Shown piece after piece: positions 25,726-38,680 of a stretch of DNA of 64,000 nt (positions are counted from its first letter, which is position 1; the number at the start of each line of letters is the position of its first letter). The translations under genes were made by a program, and so were the position numbers. Below the pieces are notes generated by a model that was not told the DNA's origin, searched no databases, and saw only the letters and a list, made by a program, of their open reading frames with translations. This DNA is from Schmidtea polychroa (Eukaryota): assembly GCA_044892525.1 (NCBI GenBank), contig CM097886.1, positions 49,848,001-49,912,000 of the forward strand. The letters run 5' to 3'.

Positions 25726-28700
25726 GTTGGCTGACATTTTACACTTTTTTATGATTTTCTTTATTTTTATTTATTAATAATATTTGTTACCGTTTGCAAA
25801 AAATATTAGAGTTCTTTGTTACTTAACATTCAATAGTATCAAATATTTGATTAAGGGGTTTTCATTAGCCATCTGAAGTTCATTAGGAATATCAACATAT
25901 TTTATTTTAAAAATGGAAACATATGGTAATTAAAAAAATAAATACAGTAGACCCCCGCCTTACCATGACTCACAATTACGACTAGCCTAGCCACGCATTC
26001 CCCCAGCCTACAATAGTTAGGCCTTAACTTCAATGAAAGTATAATGACTAATTTTGTAACAAAATACTAGACATTCATGTTTTCAATCACAATACTGCCG
26101 AATATTATTAAGAATTTTGTTTTATTTTTAATATTTATTAATAAGTGAATAATATCTAGTGAATAATATTTAAAATACAAACAATATTTCTTTCATAAAA
26201 AAAATTTAAACTACAATTTTATTAATTAAATTTGGTACAATTGTGTATTTGAGTACAAAAGCTACTTTTCGTGTGATTGAGAAGAGCAGTATTCAATTGG
26301 GTCATCGTCGATTGCAACTACATCATTTTCAATTGTAAAATCTTCTATCACGACTGTATTATCAACCTCCATTGATTGGCTGGCACATACAGGTTGAGCA
26401 CCTTGAGCATGCCCGAATTAATCTCTTCGTAGGCCCTAGGCACTTTTACCTTTAACCCTATCGTCTTTTGCCAGTATCCCTAATGAAGTCAGCTGTGGTT
26501 TATTTTTAAAATGCGTTTTTTTAATTCCAAAGTGTTTTTGTTTAACAACACTTTATTTAAATAACAACGTTTAGTTTCATTCCATATTGGTTTATTTTAT
26601 GAATGTTATTTTGTGAATATTATTTGCGCCTTTATTTCGCTTTATAACGTTTTTCTACTACGATCGATATTACATGAAGAAATGCTTATTTCGTATATGT
26701 ATGACGATGATGAGTACCAATTATTATACTTTAAGTCTTTTGTTTCTAAGTTTAAATTCCACGCATTTGAAAACAAAAATTTTAAACCTGCTTGATATGA
26801 TTGGCTGGTTTATTTTCAATTGCAAAGAAAATTCATTTTCTTACATATGTATACGAATGAAATTAAATTTTCTGTGATTATAGCTGTGCAACCATAGAAA
26901 CTGATTTTTTTACAAGTAATTTTCTGAAAAGATTAAGAAATTTCTATTGTGTTTCTACTTTGTTAGAGTTATCTAGTTATAACAAATAATATTGCTGTAA
27001 AACTATAAATATTAATTACTTATTAAAAGTAAGTAAATTAAAAATAAGAAAGTAAGAAAGTAAAATGTCTGACGGATATAAGAGAAAACATGAATCGGGC
27101 TCCGAAAAGCGTAAAAAGAAAATAGTCAAAGAAGAAGCATTGAAAAAAATGAAAGGTTCACTACTCAAATATATAACGGAAACAAGAGGAAATAATGAAA
27201 GCTGGTCTACAAATGTAACCGAATTTATTGCTCCAGAAGACCAAAATCAAAATAAAACTTCTAATAATGGAAATTATCTTGGTTGTATCGATCTTATAGC
27301 CGAATTTGATCCTTTTTTAAAAGAACATATTCGAAGACATGCAAATGCTGGAAGAGGAAATGTTTCCTATTTATCTAATGCTATATGTGAAGAATTTATT
27401 GGTATATGTAATGTACAGTCATACATTTTATTTATTTTTAAACAAGGTTTCGCGACACTTTGTTATTTTATTGAGGGTAAGCCGTAATGGCAAAGGAATA
27501 AAATATACTATATAGCGATAATTTACTATGGTAAATTATCGCTATAGAAAAATTGACAAAACGAAAAAAAACCAATAACTCCATTAAAATATACAACTGA
27601 AAGAAACCAAAAAATAACGATAGAAATAGCTTTGAAATAAAATCTACCAGACTAAAAACGAATAAAAGACGAAGATCATAATAAATAGCCGAAATAAAAG
27701 AAAGCAAAAGATATCCGAAAACAAAATACTCTTCGAATTTGCCTATATCCGAAACTAAAGAAAACCAAAATACCCTTCGGATTAACTTATACCTGAAAAC
27801 AAAATATCCTTCGGATCAATCTATATTCAGAATCCCTTCGGATTAATTTATATCCGAAACCAAAATACCGTTCGGGTCAATCTATATTCAGATCTAAAAT
27901 AAACTAAAATACCCTGAGAAACAAATTATACTCGAGACTAAAAGAAACCTAACTATCCTGAGAAGAGAATTATATTCGAAACGAAGTCCATATAAGAGCG
28001 TATTATTTTATTTATTTCATTAATAAAAGTTATTGTTTGTATGTGTTATTGTTAATTCATTACTGTATTTTTATACATTCCTACATACATTCACCCCAGC
28101 TGTCCCGAGACAGTTTATTTACTGGAGACTCGGCTGGGCTCTTCAAATCTCTATTACACACGCAATCACTCATCAACTACACAAAAAAAACAAATATAGA
28201 TCAACGAATACAATAACAGTATACTAGGATCTAAAGTTACAACGCAGATAATATCTGAAATAAAATATTATGGAATCAGCATTGATTCAACTCCTGATAT
28301 TAGTCATATGGACAAGCTTACCGTGATCATTCGGTATGTACTTAAATGTGGAAATGTGGTTGAACGATTTTTAAAATTTATTGCAATTGAACAACACGAT
28401 GGAAAATATTTATTCGACATTATACGACATACTTTGGAACATTATAACATAAGTATTAGAAATTGCAGGTCCCAATCATATGATAACGCCAGTAATATGA
28501 GCGGCATATATGCAGGTGTACAAGCTAGATTTTTGAGAAATAAATAGTCTGGCTGAATGGGTTCCATGTGCTGCTCATAGTCTTAATTTGCTAGGTTCAA
28601 CTGCTCTGGAGTGCTGCTTGAAAGCAGTAAAGTTTTTTGGAATTTTACAAGCAATATACACTTTTTTTTGTACTTCACCACAAAGATGGTCCAAATTTAA

Positions 28701-31700
28701 AGACAATATGAAAGAAAATACTTGTGTTGTTAAATATTTATCAGAAACCAGATGGTCTATTCGACATGATGCTACTAAGGCTCTATTTATGAATTATTCA
28801 GAAATTCAACAAGCATTGTTTGAAATAACTGAAAGCGAACGTCAACCTGCTGTGGCTGTGCAGGAAGCGAAATCTTTAATAAAAAAGCTGAACAATTTTG
28901 AAACAGCATTGATGTGTGTTATTTGGAATGATTTATTACAAAATATTAATATTGTCAATAAAGCTCTGCAGGAGACTGGCATAGAATTATGCACTATTGT
29001 AAAATTATTTGATACTCTCATAGTTTACTTTCATGATATTCGTTTAGAGTTTGATAAATTTGAAACCATGGCAAAAAAGATTACATCCTCCGAATATAAA
29101 GAATATACACAACGTAAACGAACACGAAATAGATTTTTTGATGAAGTTTTAGACAACACAGATCCTAGCTTGAGGCTAAGTGCAAGAGACAAATTTCGTA
29201 TAGAATCTTTTTATATAATAGTAGATAGACTTATAATTGAAATGCGTAAGTGACTTGGAGCATATCAAATGTTATATGAAAGGTTTAATTTTTTGGTGGA
29301 CAGAAGTTTAACAAATAATGAAATAGTTTCGAAAGCAAACCAGTTAGTGCAAATATATTCTTCAGATGTTGAACATGCATTTGTTGACGAGTTTTTATTA
29401 TTTTCACGAATGTATGGGAATAAAAAATCAGTGAAGGAAATGATAATTGCACAAATAAATGATAAACTAGTTACCAGTTTTCCTAAAGTAAATATTGTGT
29501 TAAGAATTTATTTATCGATATTTGGAACGAATGCGGAAGGGGAACGGAGCTTTTCAAAGCTTAAAAGGAACGATTATCATATCTTACGCTTTTATCAATT
29601 GAAAGTGATTTAATGCGAGAAATTAGTTTCGAAGATGTTATTGTCGAATTCGCCAATAAAAAATGTAGGAAGGTTAGTTTAGGTAATAATTAAATAAATT
29701 GTTTACTAAATTAATGATTTTTTTTTGGTTTTTTGAAAATAAATTTTGAATTATTTTGGATTAAGTGAAGTTTTTCTGTTCATGCTTTGGTTGAATATTT
29801 ATTATATAAATCTCTCGTAAATAATAATATGTATACATTTTCGTAGGCCATTTACAGTTCGTAGGCCCTAGGCACTGCGCCTATTGTGCCTATGGGATAA
29901 TGCGGGTGTGACCTTGAGCACCCCCAAGAATAACTGGAGTCTTCATAAAATAACAATCTAATGTTTTTTGAAATGATGGCTTTTTTCATAATATATTTGT
30001 CTGTACCAAGTGTAAGCTTCCTTTATTAATGAATTAACCTTCGAACTACGTTGAAAATTCGGGTCATCATTTTCAAGACCTACGACGAATTAGCCATTTA
30101 TAACATTGGGTCAATGGGAAATAAAACCTCTCTTTATGACTGCTCACATTGCGACTTCTTTTCAGCAACCAATTAGGTCGTAATTGCGGGGGTTTACTGT
30201 ATATCAAGTTCAAATATTTAAAAATTCATTGGAGCTTGTGTAAAAGTACCTATGTGAAAGTATATTAGGTATCAATGTCCTTAATTAGACGCTAGGTTGC
30301 TGTAATGGGATGTATTCTAAACTTCTTTAGAGTTTCATTCTTTAAATTACTAAACATTGTTTAAATTATTGTGAAAATGAAATAAAATTTTTTGTGAGAA
30401 AAGCCTTAGCACAAAGGTGTTAAATGGATCATTTTATAATGATTTGAATAACTTTACTGACATTTTTTTCTCAGGCGAAGAATCAGGAAATTGCATATAG
30501 GAATTGTCAAATTGCAGGCATTCGTTCGAATGCAAATCGCCAGAAAAAAATTTCTGCGGGTTATTACGATAATAAATTTACTTTATTTTTTCACTCTACT
30601 CGTTTAGGCTCATCCATCATTTACAAAGTTATCCATTTACAACAAGCCCATTGAACCGAAAGGCCAAGATAATTCGAAACTGACTGCATACAAGGTAAAT
30701 TGCAAAATTATTCACCAAAAGATAAACTATTGAATTTAGGCACCAGTTAGTGGAATTCTTAAAAAGGGCAAAAAAAATAAAAAAAAGACTTCTATTGGAA
30801 ATGCGTTTAATTATGATTTGTTAAAAATACCGATTGAATTAGCTTTCTTATTGGATAAAACAGAAGGTATATTTAAAACTTTTAATCGTATTAATGGTAA
30901 GGCTAAAACAATTTGTAAAATATTTATAAAAGTAAAAAAGAAAAATAGAAAATATAGATAAATATCCAATTGAGGGAGCCATTATTAAAATTAATCAAAC
31001 TACACTCTGCATATCCAATCACATGAGTAAATGAGAATGTAATAAAAGGTCCTTGGGGTCTTTTCAAAAGGAAATTTTAAATTATGTTTGAAAATATTTC
31101 TTCATATTCGGACACGTTTATGTGAAGTTGAAGATTTTATCGTGAATAATCGACCTTTGATGTATTAGCAGTTAGAAGGCGTGGTACATAGCTATCAGAA
31201 ATATCTGGAGAGAAAAGGTGTTGACATTGAAACGCACTGTTGTCTCTCTGATCGGGGTTTTTCTTTCACTTTGAAAGATTTTATATGACTTTTCTGTTGA
31301 TCTCACATGGACTTCTTGGATTTTCTAGATCAACCACAGAGGTTTTTCCAGCTCTATATTCATTGAACCATTGTTTTATTGTTGCCAATGGAATAATTTC
31401 TTTGCAATAGACATCATTCAATTCAATTTTAGTTTCATTTCAATTTTTCCCTTCAAATACAAAAACCAAATCCCACGGCAAAATTACACGCTTTTCAATG
31501 AGATTTTCAAAGTAACACAACAGTTGGTCACCAAACGATAACCAACTAAAACAAAATACTTTATGATTTATTTCTTAACAATATTTTAAAATTCCCTTTC
31601 ACCTTTCTATATTAGGCTCACTAATTATAGGGCACAACACGAATGCAGATATTTAAGACAAAAATTTACAATAAATTTCAGTTGATTATTGTATTTCAAA

Positions 31701-34700
31701 ATCAAAGAATCTAGAAAGTCTTTACGAGCTAAGATCATAAATTTTCATCTATTTATTTGTTAAAACAAAAAGAAATTTCGAAAAAGTTTTTTTAAAAACC
31801 CTTTAATTGTTTTAAATATCTATTTGTTGGGTTTTAGTTAATTTAAGTCGGTAACCTCTGACTCCTCGTGTCCTTTTAATCAAGCAATGAACTACCCAAC
31901 GCATATTTGTATCACAAAAATATATTCTTTTCTCAACAATAAACAATCAATAATCAAAGTTAAGCTTGACCGATTCTCAGCTCGGTGTTGATGCTTTGAC
32001 AAAAGATAATATTCACCTTTTATTTCCTTAGGTTCCCTCGACCAACGTCTTCCTTTTTCTCTTTGATTCGATCCTTTTTCACCTTTTCGTATGCCTATTC
32101 GTATTCCTAATCTCCTTAATTAGTTTTAACCTTTCGCCTAGTCTTGTTTCTTCTTACCCTAACTGAGGCAAAATGCCGATTTGCTCTGATTTTCCCATTC
32201 CTTATATACTCTTCGAAATCAGGATGACAAATGGTTATTACCGAGCCAATCTTTCACTTGACATTCGACCCCACACATCTGCTTCGTCTGTCACCCATAA
32301 TGGTCCAACGAACAAAGATAATTAATGGCCTGTCCGGCCTTTCTGCACACACTATCTTCTCTTTGTTCTTTTCCAATTAATCATTGTGTCACGCAAATGG
32401 GCCCAAATCTTCCTTCTATTTACTTTTCTCTTTGTTTACCCAGCTCGGGTTTCCTTCATCTCTCGGGTTCTCCATTGGCTCGGGTTTCCCATTAGCTCAG
32501 GTTTTCTATTAGCCAATAAATTAATTAAGTACCGTTTTCTGTTTTTACACATTTGAATGCTTTTCAACCCCTTCTAACCATTTTCTGACAAATCCCTAAT
32601 CATCATCTTGTTGACCATTAGCTAATCTATACCTGTCCCGTTTTCCCAATTCGATTTCGATGATTTTACAATTTATTGATTTTTCTCGGATTTCCGGATT
32701 CTTGCCTTTCGCAACTGCTTTTATCATTTTCTAATACTACTTCCATCATACTTTCCTTTACTATCAATTCTGTGCATGATCACGCTTTTATTTGTCTTTT
32801 TTCTTTACTTACTTTTTATTTAAGTTTTCGATTTAAATTTTCATTTAAATTTATTTTAATTTACGGACCTCAACATATTCAAGAATTTCATCGATTCTCG
32901 TTAGAATAATATTTTACCTTCTTCTTTCACGTGAAGAACTCGCGTTAAACAAAAAACAAAATTAGATCTGAGAAATGCAAATTTTTCATAAAAAATAAAG
33001 TATTTTATAAAATTCTTTTTAATTTTTTTAATCAATATCTTGATTCAAAACCCCAAAAATTAGTTGTCACATTATATTTTGGGGGAAGGGGAACTCAAAA
33101 AATTCGGTTCACCGCGTTGAAGGGAAAAAATTCTGACGACTTTAATATGGATTAGGTGGATTTTGTCTTTACTTACTGCAATACTTACTCATTTCAATAT
33201 TTTGATTTTTAGATTCCTATTATCCTTTTCCTTAAGAAATTACATTTCAATCTCTACTTTTTTACTGTTAATTTACTCTTAATTGACTCTATTAAAATGA
33301 ATTGTTACAACAATTAAGAATCTTTATTTATTTATATTTCCAGGAGGAAAACTAAGCTCAGAGTTTTCTCAACCATTTCAGGAGCAAGTTATTCAAACTG
33401 GCAGGGCTCAACATTTGTGGAACCGTGGGGAGTACAAATTGCCCAAAGACATTGATTTTTTCGTCCTGGAAAATTTTCTTGATGACTATGGCAATCATGT
33501 ATATAATTTTTTTAATTTTTAATCTGCGAAATGTTATATAGAGTCTTGATTGATAAAACTCCGTTGAACCCATTCGGGACAACGTATTACTGCACTAACC
33601 ATATATCTAAAAATTATTTCTGAAATTCTTACTGGTTTCTATTAATATCTTTAGTGTAAGATACATTAATATCAAATTATTTACATTCATAGTTGTTTAC
33701 ATAGTTGTTTACATAGTTGTTTATATAGTTATTTACACACTTTTATTAATAACTCTTAATTCAGTTCTCGAAGGTTTAAAGAGGTAGTTTTCTAATTTTT
33801 CTTTGTTTGTTGAGATTCATATTTTCAAGGTTCAGAGGAAGCTGAAGGAAACGTATGCAAATTTCTAATTGTTTTCATTGAATCATAGCGATTCTTGGTA
33901 TTTTATTAAACATTTTACTTTTAAAGTTGCATAAATATGAATATTAATGAGCTGTGATTTATATTTAACGTGGACCTTGCAAGCAAGATTGGTGTGGTGA
34001 GGCATGTAGAGTATGCGAGGCATTGAGCCTCCCATTAATTGCAGTCCTAAGTTCATTCAAGGGAATTCTTTACAAAAGCTAATATTCTATCTGGTCTTTA
34101 AAAGAATATGTATGTGGTTGGCAAAAATGCAACGACAAAAACTTTGGAGTCCAAATGGAACTTTCAACTTAAATTAGAGTGTCTTTTTTTCGTCGCACTT
34201 TGATGATTAAAATAGATTCACATGAGTCCTCTACAACTGACTGACTGATTCGCTCCTCTTCAACTTTGTGCCAAACTGTTTATCCTTATGGGAAATATTT
34301 TGCTTGCTTTATAAAATAAGCAGATGCTTTAACTCACAGTAAATTTCTTATATACCAGGTCGCTTTTTAAAGGTTTTAACATTTTTATTTGCAGTAATCT
34401 GTTGGAAAATTTGACTCAAACCTGCAAGTCTAAAATTTCGTTCTTTTTTGGTAATTAAAAAGTTACTTAACACTCAAAATTTTGCATTACATGACCGCCA
34501 CACAAATGTCTTACTGATAACTGAAGGGGCCCTAAAATAGGACCGGTATATGAACTCACAAATGTATCACGCTGATTTTTGTTTGCTAGCATCTATGACA
34601 GCAGAAACGCGTTTATAGATAATTTCCCATATTAAAATTCAAGTCCCATGTTGGAATATTTAGATCGAAAAATATTGAACTTCTTTCAAACTACACTGCA

Positions 34701-37700
34701 CTGTCTTATGAAATAAAGTGATTTAAAACTTTTGGTAAGTCTTGAAAGAAAAACACCTTTACAAAAATATATCTAACAGTAGTGAACCCAGATTTAGATT
34801 TGGGTTTTAGTATGTATTAATTTCACCTTTCCTTATAAATTCACAGAAAACCGCTGTAATAATTGATGCTTTCAAGAAAGAAAAATTGAAATTAATAAAA
34901 TTACCACAAATTATTTATTCATAGTGCGATTATTTCAAAACTTGGATATATGAAAATATTTGATTTGTACTTTTGAATCGATGGCAATTCAAAATTTGCC
35001 GGTAAAATCTTTTCCATCTATCGGGACAACGACTAAAGATACACGAATAAATTTCTACTTGCTGGAACAAATAATATGAGACCTTGTGGAATGGATATCA
35101 GGGAACGATGCCAATTTTATTAATTATTTTTCTTTTTATATGACCTTAAATATGTCATGAAATTTATATAAAAGCATGCTTGGCTAATTTCATATTAGGT
35201 TAACTTTTTTACCCAGTTTCTTTATTAATGGCGTGTACCAGAAATGTAGGTTTCATGTACATTTGATGGTACCATTTCAAGAAATACTGGCTTCAGTGAT
35301 CCAGAAATTCCAGATATGGAAGTTCTGAACATTTCACCTGGCCAGATTTTATAGCTCGTAAATTTTTGGTAAAAAGTATTGTTAAGAAGTATAAAGTATA
35401 ATTCCAAATAACGGATGCAGAAAAAATTTCTTTTATATAGAAAATTCATTTTAGTGATAAACTTTTCATTCAATATATATTCAGATACCATTCGAGTCCA
35501 AATCGAGGCCTTTAACTATTCCCTATCTTAATGAAAATGTTTCCCAGGATCACAAAGATGATTCCCTAACTGCTCATAAATTGGTAAGAAATATGAATTA
35601 CTATAATTATTAAAAATAATAAAAACTGTTAATGAATGATATCATGAACTTGCTCCCGTAGACCGATTCTGAAGGGTCGCCTAAACATTTAACGTCATAG
35701 GACCGTTTTTTGAAAACGATAATTTATAATTGAATTTGTTGAAATAAAATTAGGAAAGTTTTATTTTACGAAAATATAATTACAAAGGTATTTTAAACCT
35801 TTTGCGACGTATTCTTTTTAGAGGATATGTATCACTCAACGTGCTAGAACAAAGTGAATAAATGTGATGGTATCATAAAATTTTGTGTCGGCAAATAAGA
35901 GCACCCTATGATGACGCATTAGACAACTAAATGATACGAATATAAAGCAAATTTGACCTAATTTTAAGCGTTTACTCCTGATATAAAACATAGTGGCACT
36001 TTTGCGTAACATGAGTCGCGAAAGGGTTGAAAAACTTTACATACGTTGGTTCTAAAATGGTTCAAATTAAAGTTACCCGACAGACATTGAAAAAGTCCCC
36101 TGTCAGATTGTTAATTTTCTTTATTACATTTATTATTGAAATATTTTCTCATTTTAGATACTGAGAATAATGTACTCGAAGTCGATGCCCTGGTTCCACA
36201 AGTTTCTAACGAATAGTTATCTTCAGTTTTTGGTAAACTTTTTTTGTTAAAAATGCGTTTATAAAATTATCAAAAATAAAGGGAATGAAATCATCAGATT
36301 TACAAAAGGAAATACTTGTCCAAATTTTGGCGGAAACCTTACCGAGTAAGTCAATTAGAACAAAATATCAATCTGATCATGAAGAAATACGACTGACAAG
36401 AGCCTGGGCATTACTGGGAAATTTCCTGAGCTTTATCATCCCGTCTCCTGATATTTATAACTATGTTTTAAAGTCACCTCTTTACCCAAAATTATGATTT
36501 TCTAATGTTCTTTGAATACAGATTCGTTTCGGATTGTATTGGAGTAGATCAGGCGAATACTTGTCAAGAGAAACTCTTACAATTTGCTTCATCCGACCAT
36601 CCTCAAATACCCAGGCTTTTTCCAGCTACGAATCTTGAATGCAGTGCTAATAAAAAAGGCTCAAAAACTTGTTTAAATGTTTTTCATCCAGATTGTAATT
36701 AAAACAATTGTTAGGAATATTTAATGTAATATTCTACAGATAAATCAAATTCAGTTCATATAAATTCTTTTACGGTTGGAGAGGATTTAGCTAGCCATTC
36801 TTTGTGTTTTAGGTATGGATGTCGCTATGTCTTTGTAAATGTGTAAATTCCTCTAGAATGAAAAGATTCAAACTGATGAAAGGATGGTCTGTTTCAGTAA
36901 TATATTCAGATAGAGTATACGATTGTTCTGGCCAAAACTATGTTTTGGACATTATCTCAGCTCTCGAACTACCTCAACACTGGTCCGAAATAACTGGGCA
37001 AGTTTTGGAGCAACATTTTCTAATGTCGAAGTAAGAATAGATAATATAAAACTTTTTATTTTAAATTATTATATTGTCATTAAGACGTCACCGATTGAAT
37101 GGAGATATTGTTGAAAACGCAACGCGGGGATATGTGAAAACTGTTTCAAAACCCCAAGGCATTACATTTAACAAGTGGGATAATCAAATTTATTGCAAAT
37201 TCCTTATTATAATAATTATATGCAATCACTATTATATAATGTACAAGAAATTTGAAGGAGTAAACAACATTACTTTTTCTTTATTATACAACAATTATTT
37301 GAACAATTCCCACCGAGCCTAATGATAAAACTTGACGTAGGGCGGACGTTCCTTTTGCCGTTATTATATAGTAATTTGAAAGCTGCACATTTTATGCACT
37401 AATGAATGTTTGTATTTATTGACTTATATAACATACGGTAATTGGCGTCAAAAGCCAAGGAAAATCCCAGGCAGAGTTTTCTTAGGTTTCCTCGTTATTT
37501 TATTTTATCAGTAAGCCTAACTTGGGCTGACCAAGGCTGTTTTAAGTTTTATCAAACTATAAACCTATAATCCTAAATATGATATGCTTAGCTCATATAG
37601 ATTGAGTTTGACATCTAGACAGGGTAGGCCATGAGTCAATCAGCCTAACATACGGTGATGTTAAACTCGTTTAGCAAATTTCATACACTTCAGGTCTAGG

Positions 37701-38596
37701 TGTAACACTATAATTTATTCTGCCCCCAAATCATCAAATTATTATCAAATTCATATGGATTTGTTAAGCCCAATTACACTTAACACTGGCTTTTTATAGT
37801 TTATAAACTTCTATTGATAAGTAGATAACTGTGTGTCACTTTTTGGTATCCTTCATCTATACTACTTACTAAATAATAATCGACAAAATGTGTAATTAAT
37901 TATCATTTATTTAAATTCTTTTTTATTAATTAAATATTTTTGTTATTTTATTTAATTAATTTATTAAGTAATTTAATTAATTTATTACATTTTAAAAATT
38001 ATTAATATTATTATTTCAATGGCATAATCAGGTAGAAAAGGGAAATGGGTTTTTTAAAATTTTAAAATAAATTAAAAACTATTTTATGATTAAAACACAC
38101 TTATCAAAACTTAGACTTCTTAAAGCTAATTTATTAATTAAATTTGTAAATTAAATATTTTAACTACAAATTTTATAATAATATAAACTAGTTTTTTTTC
38201 TTTTCTATATGATGATAACAGTGGACATGTCAAAATATACCGTAAAATTGATTGAGGGCCGTTTTTTAATATTTAAATTAGTAGGTTTATATTTTTTTTG
38301 ATTAATGGTAAAATAACTTTTCTAATTAAAATTACGAATAGATTATATATGATTTTATTATTCTAGAGGCCCTTCAACTGTAAACAGTTTACATTCCATG
38401 GATACTTGGGTAGAACAAGTTTTTGAAAGTTCATTTCGAAACGAAGACGTGGCAAATACTCCAGTTCAGGATTTTATTCACGGTCTTGAGGATGAACTTA
38501 GAGCCAAAGGTCATAACCATTATTCTTCAAATCCAACATTGGCTGCTAACTTCACTCATTCTTTAGATGGTCTTAACAGCAATCCGAATCTTGTAA

Positions 38597-38680
<84 letters not shown>

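Larger units (their letters stand above)
25945..30199 (-). mobile_element. pogo/Tigger-like element (outer layer of a nest)
   Basis: TIRs CAGTAGACCCCCGC / GCGGGGGTTTACTG with TA on both flanks. A - strand remnant [16 protein letters not shown] continues across the hAT insertion site. Confidence 0.82.

Noticed and set aside
34843-35130. Candidate myosin exon (KTAVIIDAF...KLPQII)
   Set aside because: Wrong phase and in-frame stops. Exon 33344-33498 already joins 30866 to 35485 in phase with the expected motif.
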